Assembly (NCBI RefSeq): GCF_001194135.2
Contig: NC_068985.1
Span: forward strand, 24,765,416 to 24,818,673
Origin: Octopus bimaculoides
Taxonomy: Eukaryota
Length of the DNA stretch: 53,258 nucleotides
Direction of reading: 5' to 3'
Positions 1 to 12,520 of this stretch are shown here, piece after piece; the stretch's first letter is position 1; each line of letters opens with the position of its first letter. The notes under the pieces are model-generated. The model made no database searches, had not been told where the DNA came from, and worked only from the letters and a program-made list of their open reading frames with translations. The position numbers were made by a program, and so were the translations under genes.

Positions 1-417
1 GAGTTTATATTTAGTTAATTGCGGGCCATACATTGTCAGTTCTATCATGTTATGGTCTGAAAATATTGTCGGTGATATATTTATGTTGTGGATAATTTCC
101 ACATTGTTTTGTAAAACAGAGGTCCAGGATATTTTTGTGCCTGATTGGAGAGAGTATGATCTCCTCCATAAATAGCATGAGATTCTGCCTGATTTCACTC
201 TTTGTGCATCATTCCTGGGGTTATGTTGCCCTCAGGCCACCTGATATTGGGGTAAGTTGAAGTCACTCATCAAGAATATAGTAGTGTGTTGATCCAATTG
301 TGTTAGTACTTCCTTTATCACACTGAGGCTTTCCTCAAATTCTCCATCATGATTTGAGGCATCAGGTGGGTGACATAGTGTGTATATCACTATATCAAGT
401 TGCTTTAGATATACCAT
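1..417 (-). mobile_element. Degenerate LINE fragment, APE-like (EEP) endonuclease domain
   Basis: Across frameshifts the minus strand reads IVIYTLCHPPD...IFLMSDFNLP-NIRW...PIRHKNILDLCFT-NNVEIIHNINISPTIFSDHNMIEL, matching the YRPP, GDFN, DL-F and SDH motifs of non-LTR endonucleases; stops and frameshifts present. Confidence 0.8.
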
Positions 418-958
418 GAGTGTGTCACACCGAGTTTGAGTTCGATAACAGGTTTAATGGTGTGAAATCTTTGCGGATGTACACCCACACACACACACAC
501 ACACATCTACTGTCCTCCTTTATTGAATACAATCAGCCACCTAATACCATCTTTTGGCATTCTTATTCTAAACTTGATTCTTCAAGTCAACTATTTTGTA
601 CTTGGTCATAGTTGTAACCCACACACAATGGAAGGAAGCTCATCACAAAGAATTTATGGCACAGAAAAAAATATATAAATACCTAACAAAAGAAATATCG
701 AAGGTGTTAGTAAATTAAGATATAACTTCTTAAAACTTGTTTCAGAAGAGAGAAGATATTTCTGTATTTAAAAAAAAAAAAAGAAAAAGAAACACAATGA
801 GGTTGTTGGTGCAAATAAATAAATAAGTTTCTGGGAAGATATCTCAAAGACAAGTTCGGGGTATAACAGACTGACCTTTCCTCTCTTGTTGATAACTCAG
901 AGACCATGATATTCTTTAACTGATAGCAATACTTAGCTGAATTGATAGCAACCAGCTA

Positions 959-990
<32 letters not shown>

Positions 991-1214
991 ACTCACACTC
1001 ACACACACATACCAAGTGGCATCACAAGTAAAATGTTTGTCCATATCACTACTAAAACTACCACAGCCAACAGAAAGTCTAGAGACAGAAGGCAACCATG
1101 GATGAATGCCATAAAAAACCAAGTACATTTCTAACATCCATACGCGCATTTATGTACACGCAAGCAAAGAACCTCAATAAAAAGTCACGTAAGCATGAAA
1201 TTGCAGAAAAATAC

Positions 1215-1503
1215 AGAGTGAGCGAGAGAGTGAGAGAGACAGACACAGAGAGAGAGATAGACACAGAGAGAGAGATAGACACAGAGAGAGACAGACACAG
1301 AGAGAGAGATAGACACAGAGAGAGACAGACACAGAGAGAGACAGACACAGAGAGAGAGACAGACAGAGAGAGAGAGACAGACACAGAGAGAGACAGACGC
1401 AGAGAGAGACAGACACAGAGAGAGAGACACAGAGAGAGAGAGAGACAGACACAGAGAGAGAGACAGACACAGAGAGAGACAGACACAGAGAGAGACAGAG
1501 AGA
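1215..1503. repeat. Compound GA/GACA/CA microsatellite
   Basis: Direct reading; source of four overlapping low-complexity ORFs. Confidence 0.95.
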
Positions 1504-1681
1504 CTTTTCTACAGTTGAATGTCTTTTCTATCAACAATTTTTCCAAGTAAGGTAATACCTTCCCCATGGTAAGACGTTTCTGCAGAATAGAACAAACAAC
1601 ACTGCTTGTATAACAGTGAAGCTCATCTACAACTACTATGTAATGTCAAGAGAAGGAGAGACTAACACAAACACACATGCA

Positions 1682-2061
1682 TGGCTGTGTGGTAAGAAGC
1701 TTGCTTCCCAACCACATGGTTCTGGGTTCAGTCTCACTGTGTGGCACCTTCTACTATAGCCTCGGACCGACCAAAGCCTTGTGAGTGGATTTGATAGATG
1801 GAAACTGAGAGAAGCCCATCGTATATGTATATATATATATATATATATGTATGTGTTTGTGTGTCTGTATTTGTTCCCCCACTATCGCTTGACACTGATG
1901 TTGGGGTATTTACATCCACATAACTTAGCAGTTCAAAAGATACCGACAGAATAAGTACTAGGCTTACAAAGAATAAGTCCTGGGGTTGATTTGTTCGAGT
2001 AAAGGCGGTGCTCGAGCATGGCCGCAATCAAATGACTGAAACAATTAAAAGAATAAAAGAA
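1682..2061 (+). mobile_element. tRNA-derived SINE family A, near full length
   Basis: Head tggctgtgtggtaag (A box-like) and gggttcagtctc (B box-like), internal (AT)n/(GT)n, 3' half ending ...actgaaacaattaaaagaataaaaga; many homologous copies in the window. Confidence 0.85.
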
Positions 2062-2305
2062 TACATACACATGACAAGCTTCTTTTACTACCTATCTACT
2101 GAATCCCTTCAAAAGGATTTAGTCAATCTAGGGTTACAGTAGAAGACACTTGGCCAAAGTGCTATGTGTTAGGACAGAACCCAAAACCACATGCTTAGGA
2201 AGCAAGCTTCTTAACCACACAGCCGTATACTAGTATGTGTCTCCAAGTTTATAAATTTTAGTGTATTCACATATTTAAACTGGTTAACAGCTGAGGTATG
2301 CATGT

Positions 2306-2345
<40 letters not shown>

Positions 2346-2379
2346 TGGACAACTGCTTCAAACCTTCAGCTTCTATACT

Positions 2380-2574
2380 CATCATCATCATCATCATCGT
2401 CGTCGTTTAACGTCCGCTTTCCATGCTAACATGGGTTGGACGATTTGACTGAAGACTGGTGAAACCAGATGGCTACACCAGACTCCAATCTGATCTGGCA
2501 GAGTTTCTACAGCTAGATGCCCTTCCTAACACCAACCACTCCGAGAGTGTAGTGGGTGCTTTTATGTGCCACCG
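2380..2574 (-). mobile_element. RTE-LINE 3' tail fragment (family B)
   Basis: Reverse complement matches the 3' end of the RTE copy at 45964-46700, including the (GAT)n tail. Confidence 0.8.
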
Positions 2575-2806
2575 ATTATAAATTCACATTTATAACAGGG
2601 GAAAAAAAAATCAGCTAGCAAACATACTACAAATATAGCCTGTAAGTGGAACAAAAATATGCAACACTTTTCTGAAGTTTGAAATGTGAAAATGATTTTG
2701 TCATCTGCATACCAATGGTGAAACTGTATCATTCTTAGAAATCAGCTCCTTCCTAACAGGAAGACTTCAAATAACTAAAAACCAAGAGAACACACATTGA
2801 CACAAG

Positions 2807-2857
<51 letters not shown>

Positions 2858-3258
2858 NNNNNNNNNNNNNNNNNNNNNNNNNNNNNNNNNNNNNNNNNNN
2901 NNNNNNNNNNNNNNNNNNNNNNNNNNNNNNNNNNNNNNNNNNNNNNNNNNNNNNNNNNNNNNNNNNNNNNNNNNNNNNNNNNNNNNNNNNNNNNNNNNNN
3001 NNNNNNNNNNNNNNNNNNNNNNNNNNNNNNNNNNNNNNNNNNNNNNNNNNNNNNNNNNNNNNNNNNNNNNNNNNNNNNNNNNNNNNNNNNNNNNNNNNNN
3101 NNNNNNNNNNNNNNNNNNNNNNNNNNNNNNNNNNNNNNNNNNNNNNNNNNNNNNNNNNNNNNNNNNNNNNNNNNNNNNNNNNNNNNNNNNNNNNNNNNNN
3201 NNNNNNNNNNNNNNNNNNNNNNNNNNNNNNNNNNNNNNNNNNNNNNNNNNNNNNNNNN
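2858..3258. other. Assembly gap
   Basis: N run. Confidence 1.
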
Positions 3259-3572
3259 GGCAAGTGTCTTCTACTATAGCCTCAGGTCAACCAAAGCCTT
3301 GTGAGTAGATTTGGTAGACGGAACTGAAAGAAACCTGCCGCGCGCGCGCGCGCGTGTGCGTGTGTGTGTGTGTGTGTGTGTCTTTGTTTGTCCCTCTGTC
3401 ACCACTTGACAACCAGTGTTGGTGTGTTTATATCCTCTTAACCTAGTGGTTCAGCAAAGGAGACCAATAAAATAAGTACTAGACTTTAAAAAATAAGTCC
3501 TGGGACCAATTTATTCAAGGCGGTGCTCCAGCATGGCCACAGTCAAATGACTGAATCCAGTAAAAGAATAAA
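3259..3572 (+). mobile_element. SINE family A, head lost in gap
   Basis: Homology to 1682-2061. Confidence 0.85.
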
Positions 3573-4661
3573 TGAATACTGGATATTATTCTTTTTTTAA
3601 TCTTTTTTGTAATTAAATTTTCATAATTAAAATGCATTGCACAAAGAACTGCTTTTATGTTATTCTAATTTATTCACTATGGCCTGGTACAATGATTATT
3701 ATAGAGGAATAAAGGAAGTTGGAGTTACAATCCAGGTGGATATTCTGGGGTAATAATTATTTAGGTAATCTAATATAAATTTACCCCTAATGAAGAACAA
3801 TATAGTGTTAGATCTAAAAGGAAAACCATTTGGACAGAGGAAGCGAGAAATTACCAAATCGGGCTGATCCCTACTGAAAACTATGTCTAGTAGACACATA
3901 TTAGTTTCAAAACAGATGGTATTAACAGATTGATTGTGAGGTTATATGCAAATGCTTCAGGAGAAAAACCATATTGTTGCTCGTGCTTAGTTTTCCAGGT
4001 CAATTGGACCATTGATGATTATAGTAATTATAAATATAATCTGAATGAATGCAAACATCCTTTTAAATCTACGAGTCATTTAAATAGCTACAAATGATTG
4101 AAGTCGTTTGATGCGTGTGTGAGAGAGGGATAATAATTCCTATTGGTGTGTGTCTGCATAGTACCTTCTATCACTGAGTCTGCAAAGCTGGAAAATGAAT
4201 TGCATAACAAATTTGTTGAAGAAAATGGACAATCTTAAAAATGTTTATAGATGCTGTATTATACATCTTTACAATCCTAAACTGCTATTGCACAGATGTG
4301 AATAGGTAGAAATGTAAATATTAAGAAAAGTAAATTATTGTGAGTTATTGGGACTGTTTTATTGAAATAGCTAGCAGTTTGAGTCAACGTTTTCTACCAA
4401 AGAGGGATTAAAACATTTTTCAAGAGTTTTGTATATGAATCAGACAACACTGCATCAGTAATTGATAATATAATAGTTGTGGTAATTCAAACCAAATTTG
4501 AATGTTTATTAGGCTTATGTTTATTTTTGTACAACACACATCCAGCTTTTATTATTGTCAGGCGTGTAACTGAATGCAAAATAAATTAAAGAATTTTTTC
4601 AGATTGTGTTAGAAAATGTCTTTAACTTCTTTAGTGGAGTTTAAACAAAATTAGGAACAAA

Positions 4662-4756
4662 ATGGATGGTGAAGCAGCCATGATAGCAAGGATATGAACA
4701 AATTGATGGATGAAACACTTAAATATGGTGATTTCATTCATTGTTATGCACGTCAT
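4662..4756 (+). mobile_element. Possible old hAT transposase remnant
   Basis: MDGEAAMIA followed (frameshift) by KYGDFIHCYARH, resembling the hAT YDGAxxMSG and FIHCYAH (CxxH) motifs; heavily decayed. Confidence 0.4.
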
Positions 4757-5010
4757 GTCTGGCAGGATATGAACTCAGACCACAAAAGGATGAACTAAAT
4801 ATTGCAAGGCATTTTGTCAGACATTCTTATCATTTTACCATCCATTACCATTCATTCAAAGTGGTAAGAACAAATGTATATAATTTGAAAGCGAGGTTTA
4901 TGTGTGAAGTTTATTTCTTACAAAAATTTATGCATTCCCACTTTTTAACATACTTGTGTAAGACCTAATTTATCTAATACACTATCAATTCTATTACAGA
5001 AAACCCCCTT

Positions 5011-5202
5011 TTAACCATTTTGATACCAATCTGCTTGAAGCTGCCTTTGGTTCTATGATACAAACTTCTGACTTTAAACTAATCCAAGTTAAAAATCTTC
5101 TGACAGAAGTTTAATAATGTCAGTTGACTACATTCTTTGTTATTTTTAAAGTTAATTAAAACAAAATATATTTTAACAGAAATATGGTAACAAAAGGATT
5201 AA
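5011..5202. mobile_element. piggyBac-like MITE family P1
   Basis: TTAA-ccattttgatacc ... ggtaacaaaagga-TTAA; homologous to 41647-41866. Confidence 0.7.
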
Positions 5203-6013
5203 ATGATTTTACTATAGAAATTCATGCTCAGAAAAATTGAAGAAAGAAAGAAATTTTGTCTTTTCTATTTATTTTTTTTTTACTATCACACTAAATGATT
5301 ATACCTTTACAATTCTCAGTATTTTTGTTTGTCAAATAAATTCTAGTTGACATAAGACAGCTAGCATATTCAAATTATCTAAACCAGCTATTGAAAATCA
5401 TTTGTCCACATTATTGTCAATCTGCACCCCCATCCAAGCCTGGGGTAGACACTTGTTTTGAAAGCTACTCCAGACAAAAGGAAATAAACATGTTAGATTC
5501 CACACAATAGCTATTTGTCAAGTAATCAGTACAAGCACACAGTCAAGCACCCATGTGAGAATTTCTGCAATTGTAGATTAGAGTGTAGTTAGATGCTTAA
5601 ATTCTATTGAATTATGGTACCCAAAACAGTTGGTAAACTAAATTTCGTTACAAAATTATACTAAGGCTGTGTCTAATATTAGAGTAAAAACGTCTATGGT
5701 TTAATTGTTGTACATCAAGTGCTACATACATACATACATACATACATGTATACACACATGTCTGCAGACAAATGATTGAAATGTGTAAAAGAATATATAA
5801 TTTTCTGTTTTACTTTACACGAAAATACATTATGGAACGGTTATTTTAATGAGTTATATCTATTTATCACCTGAAGAGATACATCTGCACTGTCAGATGT
5901 TCCAGAACCGGTTGTTAAGTATTCCACACATGAGAGATCGATGCTAGATGTGTCAAAACAATCATAGTGATTAATAAAAATCCTTGTCTCTTCCATCTTC
6001 TGTGTTTCATTTA

Positions 6014-6054
<41 letters not shown>

Positions 6055-6399
6055 TAGGGGGGCTTCGAGAGGGGTCTCAGAGAGTAGCATCCTAGCTTTC
6101 CTGAGCTAGTTTTCCACCACATCTCTTAAAAATTGTGATAGCGGCTTTGGTCTTGGGACCACTCATGTCTAGAAACTGAGGTTGGGAGTAAGCAAGGGCA
6201 TGCTACCCATAGGAAATCCAGCTCCAAAAATCCGTCATGAGAGCAAAGGAGAATGGGCACCAGCCAGCCCAAAGGTTGGGGTGGGCGGCACCTGCCTACT
6301 TCGGTTGCTATGGCCTCTGGGTCATTTATTCTCACCTCTGTGTCATTTACATAAATAAACACAAACACTCTGCTCTTGTATCCAGAGCTCTGTTTCTCT

Positions 6400-6925
6400 T
6401 GTTTCAACCCCAAAAACCATGCATATAAGTATTCTTTTACTCTTTTACTTGTTTCAATCAGTTGACTGCAGCCATGCTGGAGCACTGCTTTTAGTCAAAC
6501 AAGCTGACCCCAGGACTTATTCATTGTAAGCCTAGTATTTATTCTATTGGTCTCTTTTGCCAAACTGCTAAGTTATGGGGAGTATGTATATCCATTTTTT
6601 ATCTTTTATCTTTAACTTGTTTCAGCTATTAGATTGTGGTCATGCTGGGGCATCGCGTTAAACTTTTAGTCAAATGAATTGAGCCCAGTACTTTTTTTTT
6701 ATGCCTGGTACTTATTCTATCAATCTCCTTTGCCAAACTGCTAAGTTACAGAGATGCAAACACATCAACACTGGTTGTCAAGCAGTGGTGGGGAAACAAA
6801 TCCACTCACAGGGCTTTGGTCAGCCCAAGGTTATAGTAGAAGACATTTGCCCAAGATGCCATTCAGTGAGACTGAATCCAGAACCATGTGGTTGGGAAGC
6901 AAGCTTCTTACCACACAGCCACAAC
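6400..6925 (-). mobile_element. Two adjacent SINE A copies (a 3' half plus a near-complete copy)
   Basis: Homology to family A. Confidence 0.8.
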
Positions 6926-7064
6926 TGAGAAATATTGGTTACAGACACACGTGTTGTTTCACACCACACATCTAAATTAACCAACAAGAGAAGCAATTAT
7001 GGAAGTCTATTCATCTATTTTCATAACCCACTTCACTGTGCTTAAGGAGACAAGTGAAACTGTG

Positions 7065-7266
7065 GTTAGTGCCAGTGACATGTAAAAGGCACTCAGTACA
7101 CATTGTGGAGTGGCTGGCTGGTGCTAGGAAGAGCATTTTGGCCACAGAAACCAAGCCAAAAACAGACAACTGGTGCCTGGTGCAGATCTCCAGCTTACCA
7201 ACTCTGATCAAACCATCTAACCCATACCAACGTGGAAAATAGACATTAAATAATGATAATGATGAC
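7065..7266 (+). mobile_element. RTE 3' tail (family B), diverged
   Basis: Homology to 46500-46700, ends in aatgataatgatgac. Confidence 0.7.
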
Positions 7267-7355
7267 TATTTTGGCGACGCTTGTAGAAGCAGAGTCCTCA
7301 GAATGTGGTTGTCAGAGGATCCTATCAGAAGAAACAATCAGCAAATGTTCTGACT

Positions 7356-7665
7356 CATCATCATCATCATCATTATCATCGTTTAACGTCCGTTTTCCAT
7401 GCTAGCATGGGTTGGACGATTTGACTGAGGACTGGTGAACCAGAAGGCTACATCAGGCTCCAATCTGATTTGGCAGATTTTCTACAGCTGGATGCCCTTC
7501 CTAACGCCAATCACTCCGAGAGTGTAGTGGGTGCTTTTACGTACCGCCGGCACGAAGGCCAGTCAGGCGGTAGTGGCAACGGCCACACTCAAAATGGTGT
7601 ATTTTACGCGCCACCTGCACAGGAGCCAGTCCAGCAGCACTGGCAACGATCTTGCTTGAATGTCA
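7356..7665 (-). mobile_element. RTE 3' tail (family B) with part of the UTR repeat array
   Basis: (CAT)n then gtttaacgtccgttttccatgctagcatggg... Confidence 0.8.
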
Positions 7666-8081
7666 ATACTAAAAAATATTAAAAAATACAAATAAAAGAA
7701 AGATTTTACCTAACCATCTCATTTGAAACAACTAGGTCTCCCACTGGTAGGTCTTAAACCATAAAATCCAGGAATTTTCCCTCAGACATTAAAATGCTCA
7801 ATAAGATACTCAAGAATACTCAAATTAAAATCATTAAAACTATAACAATGTCTATTTGAAACGTGGAATAGAAATTAAAGACTCTTGAATATACCATACA
7901 AAGTAGATAAGTATATACAACTAGTTATTATAGTCTAGGTATTGCAAATTTCATCAGCCAGTCTACGACTGTCTCCATTATGGATGTGGGTGAGTGGGTG
8001 ACTGAGAGTCCATGTCTACAAGTGACTTTTAAGTACTAAAAGTAGCAACCAAATATCCCTCAAATCACACCATGCACAGTT

Positions 8082-8668
8082 TTAACCACCTGAGACTGCA
8101 CCCGGTTCTAGGACACAAGCATCCTTTTTTAAAGTGATATAAATGAAAATCTTCCATCAAAATTTTGTGCTAATTTAAGTTTCAATAATGACAAAATTAT
8201 TTCAGTGAATTCTTAATTCTTACTCTTTTACTTGTTTCAGTCATTTGACTGTAGCCATGCTGGAGCACCGCCTTTAGTCAAAGAAATCGACCCCAGGACT
8301 TATTCTTTGTAAGCCTAGTACTTATTCTATTGGTGTCTTTTGCCGAACCGCTAAGTTACGGGAATGTAAACACACCAGCACCGGTTGTCAAGCGATGTTG
8401 GGGGACAAATACAGACACACAAACTTTTACACAAACATATATATACATATATACGATGAGCTTCTTTCAGTTTCCATCTACCAAATCCACTCACAAGGCT
8501 TTGGTCGGCCCGAGGCTATAGTGGAAGACACTTGCCCAAGGTGCCACGCAGTGGGACTGAACCTAGAACCATGTGGTTGGTAAGCAAGCTACTTACCACA
8601 CAGCCAGTTGATTTTAATTGAAACAAAGGAAGAGTATTTCTGCAGAAATACGGTAACAAAAGGGTTAA
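8082..8668. mobile_element. MITE P1 interrupted by a SINE A insertion
   Basis: P1 internal sequence on both sides of 8218-8606; right end ggtaacaaaaggg-TTAA. Confidence 0.6.
8218..8606 (-). mobile_element. SINE family A, full length
   Basis: Complete head-to-tail homology. Confidence 0.9.
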
Positions 8669-9227
8669 ATAAAAGGAAGAACACACAGAAGAATAAGATA
8701 GTCCTAGATACAATCAAGCAGAATCAATGTGTCAAACGAATAATACCCTACAGCATTAGTGATCCATCCTAATTAAGTTCATTAATGTTCAGTCAACTTA
8801 GCCAGTCTTCCTTACAGAGTCAATAAAAAAAAGTAACAGAAAAAGTAGTGGGGTTGCTATAATATAATCAGCTAAAAATGCATAAAAGCAATGTCCCAGT
8901 TCAATGAAGAAAACTAGTAAATGTATGAAACAAAAAAATCTAATTAAAGCTCCCCTCCAAAAAATATCTTTTTATACAACCTGCTTTGGGCCTTGCCAAA
9001 ATAAATGAATGTGGAATGTAGAAAAATTCAGCTGTCAAATGGATGTAATGTCAAACTTTGGGTACATAGTTGTTTATATTAGATAAGCAGGATGTTGTTT
9101 GTTATAGACTTTCAATTGTGTGGTTTATGATGTGCTGGAAATTTGTCATAGTTGACTCATTCAGCTCACATTTTTCTTAATCTAAGACAAGACCAGGCCA
9201 AACCAACAAAATGTCTTTTAAGCACTC

Positions 9228-9395
9228 AGAATAGCAGCCGAATATACCTCAAATCACACCATACAATTAAAAGGAAGAACACACTGAATAAGATAGTCCT
9301 AGATACAATCTGTGAGTAAGAAAAAAAAAAGATGAGGTGGTCATGGGTGGAACATCTTTGACCATAGGTCTGCTCAGCTGGGTTGATTGTATTAG
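9228..9395 (+). mobile_element. Unclassified old SINE-like repeat, family C
   Basis: gaatagcagccgaatatacctcaaatcacacc...gtcctagatac...tttgaccataggtctgctc; related copies near 12095, 12340, 27070, 37900, 49565. Confidence 0.6.
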
Positions 9396-10094
9396 AAAGC
9401 ATCTCAGAGGTACTCTTCAAAATAGTTAAAATACAAGTTTCGCATCACTGATGAGGTCTAATAAGACTGAAATATGTAAAATGATCAGTTTTAGATGAAA
9501 ATTTGATTCACTCCACAATGCATTGCCCAAATTTTATATTTAACTAAATTAAATGTCAGCATTAGCTTTTCTTTATTTGATGATCAGAATTAATTATTAA
9601 ACCAATATATTTTTACTTCCTCATTACAAGAATAATTTTTAGTTAATTAATATCTCTTAATTCATTACTTAAATAAGTATGTGTACACTGACTTAAAACA
9701 CTAGAATATTTAGTCACATTTAAAGAAACAGACATGCTATTCATATCTGCTGTTTCTGCAACACATTATAGACTTTTGTTGTTGGTTAAGGAACCACAAA
9801 CTGTGAGGTTGATTACTTCCTATTTCTAAAAGCCTTCTCTAAAAATATATCCAAATCAGGAATTTTAATTCAGGCTCATTAAAGATAAGAGATTTTTTTA
9901 CCAACTCTACCTCTATCTTTTCCACACAAAAAAAAAATTTACTCATTTTTTTTCTCCTCTTTGTTAAAACTCTTAATATATCAAATTCAGACACATGCTT
10001 TTTCTAAAAAAAAAAAATAAAAGGAAGAAAAGAAAGGAGGAACTCCCTACTGAGTGCATGTATAGTGCTATACACATGTATGTGTGTATGTATG

Positions 10095-10726
10095 GGATCT
10101 ATTTTAAAACGGGAGCACCAGTATTTTCTTAACGAAACACTTTGAAACTTGGGACACTGGTAGATGTGTCATATAAAACATCTTTTACTCTTAGTCTTCT
10201 TAACAAAAAAATGTACATCGCAAGTTATTCCATGTTAAAGTTGTCGTATTTCTGTAATTTCAACCAATCACTGACGTCTATTCAGCTGAATAGAGTTACT
10301 GCTGGGCAGTCATAAAAATGTTATTCCCTGTGACATATTTCATCCGGTTTAATCGTAATTTATACGCATATATTGTTTATATAATAAATTACGCTGTGTG
10401 TATCTATGTGTGTAACAATTTTAGAGTTCGGATTCTAGAGTTAGGGTTAGTTTTAGGGTTAGGGTTACGGTTAACAGTCTAGTTAGGGTTAGGGGATTAA
10501 TACGATATACACTGTTACAGCGCTGTTTTCAACTGAATAGACGTCAGTGATTAGTAGAAATATCGAAATAAGACAATTTTTTACATGAAATAAATTCGAA
10601 TACAAAAATTTTTTTCTGTTCTATAACACAAAATAGATAAGTATACGAAGTTTGAAAGTCTTTCGGTACCAAAAACACTACATAAAACATAAATGAAAAC
10701 TGGTGCCCCCGTTTTAAAATAGATCC
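10095..10726. mobile_element. Non-autonomous DNA transposon with 28-bp TIRs and internal TTAGGG-like repeats
   Basis: ggatctattttaaaacgggagcaccagt / actggtgcccccgttttaaaatagatcc (one mismatch); lies in a (TATG)n tract. Confidence 0.85.
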
Positions 10727-10985
10727 TATGTATGTATGTATGTACATAGGTAATTTATGCGTGTTCCCCCTCCCCACTTCAATCTTTGATTTAGATGAAA
10801 AGATGTCTTCACAATTTTGTGTCATTTATCAACTTGCAGCAGCTTGTCTATTTAAATAGAAGCAACTGAGAACAGAAGTACCTTCCACTGGGTAAAATAA
10901 ATTGGGAACTTATATAATTACAACATAAATTTGGCTGTATCTTTGGAAGATTATTATGAGAATAATATATACATATATACACTAG

Positions 10986-11274
10986 TTCTATTTTAGTTAT
11001 TTTTATTATTATCATTAGCCAACTAGTTAAACCATTTTACCAATTATCTAAGCAATTGTTGAATTGTTTAGTCAATCACTCAGTCTGCTACTTTATCAGA
11101 ATCTGCAAACTAGGAGGGAGACAGACCTGGATGAGAGAGGGGATGTCATTGATCAGATTGCAAATGGTGAAACAAGGACTCTTATGAACTTAGCTGATTG
11201 ACCAAATGATTAATCGAACAATTGGTTAATTAAGTGGTTAAATGGTTAACTAACTGAAAAGAAATAAAATAGAA
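10986..11274. repeat. Degenerate inverted repeat, probable old MITE
   Basis: About 10986-11090 is a diverged reverse complement of about 11195-11274. Confidence 0.5.
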
Positions 11275-11364
11275 AATGCTTTTGTGGCATTTAGTTATGG
11301 CTCAGCCAAACCCAGGAAACGTTGCCACTTCTGCCAGCAATGATGGTTACTGGGTCTATTAGTT

Positions 11365-11815
11365 TTAGTTTGGCTGTCCTCCCAGATGTTTCAATGATTA
11401 CACATGAGCAGGTCTCCCATGCCTATTCTTAATTCGCCAACATCTGTTATACCACTGATCTGAAGCAAGTTGTCCACATAGGCTAGAAGCTTTCTTCCCG
11501 TGTTGATTCTTCCTTCAACTGACACTCCGGTTCTTCTGGGTGTCTGATGCAATGACCAGCAATTCTCAATCTTCTCTGCTGAATCTTCTCAGTCACTTTG
11601 GGTAGACCTTGATAAAGCCGCTTGTTGGTTAAATGAATTCTTCATGTAACATTCAGAACCATTCTTAACATTCTTATGTAGCAGCCATCTGCTTTTCAAG
11701 CTTTTCAATGAAGGTTCAAGCTTCAGCGCTGTATAACAAAACAGACTCTACTGTGGAGACAAACAACATAATTTTCAATTGACATGCCCTCTTAGAACCC
11801 CAGATTTAGAAATAA
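11365..11815 (-). mobile_element. RTE-type LINE ORF C-terminal remnant
   Basis: Frameshifted LKIMLFVSTVESVLLYSAEA*T...DGCYIRMLRMVLNVT*RIHLTNKRLYQGLPKVTEKIQQRRLRIAGHCIRHPEE. Confidence 0.85.
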
Positions 11816-12094
11816 CAGCCAAAGTTTGGTTAAATCAAACTATACTGTCTTAAACAAACAGGGAAAAGAAATTGGACAATGTAGTTCATGATACAAGGAA
11901 ATTAATTAAAAAAAGCAAATTCTAAGCTAAACAATATTAAGAGTAAAAGCAGCAGCATGAAGAAGTGAAAGACAGCCTCAAAAATTCTAATATATACACC
12001 AATACTGATACAGTGATAAGGCATTTATCATACACAAGAGCAGTATCAGCAGTATCGACTAATAAGGGAACATTTATATGCTTATTTGATCTGC

Positions 12095-12520
12095 TAGAAA
12101 TAGCAACCATATCACTTCCAACTGATTTAAGCTATGGATATATTAAATAACATAGTCCTACATACACTGCCTGACTTATAGATGACATGGTTACATTTGG
12201 AAGATCGTTGATTAAAGGTGCAATCATTCAGAGCTTAAATGGCACTAAATACTCGTACATAGTCACAAGACATTTACTATATATAACAGCAAGTAGCATC
12301 AACAGTATGAGCCAATAAGAGAACATCTATGTAGCCACTGATCTACTAGAAATAGCAATCATACCATAACCAACGAAGGACACATCAAATAACATAAGCG
12401 TAGATAAATTGTCTGATTTATAGAAGGTGTAGTCACAACTGGAAGACTTTTGGTTATAGGTATGCTCATTCAGATCTTAACTGGCATTAACAGCAATTAA
12501 CATCAGCAACAACAACAGTT
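12095..12520 (+). mobile_element. Two family C copies ending in (AAC)n
   Basis: Two successive ctagaaatagcaa...gtcctaca/gtcaca...aactggcattaa blocks. Confidence 0.55.

Noticed and set aside
1013-1078. Small exon candidates (also 1514-1545 +, about 5870-5945 -, 15741-15786 -, 19604-19661 +)
   Set aside because: Splice-like sites exist, but frames and phases do not chain consistently and peptides are unrecognised; expected by chance in AT-rich DNA
1079-1567. Long overlapping ORFs (also 18643-19161, 40434-40805, 47127-47457)
   Set aside because: Products of microsatellites; low-complexity translations
10440-10497. Interstitial telomere or fusion site
   Set aside because: Short, degenerate and enclosed by transposon TIRs
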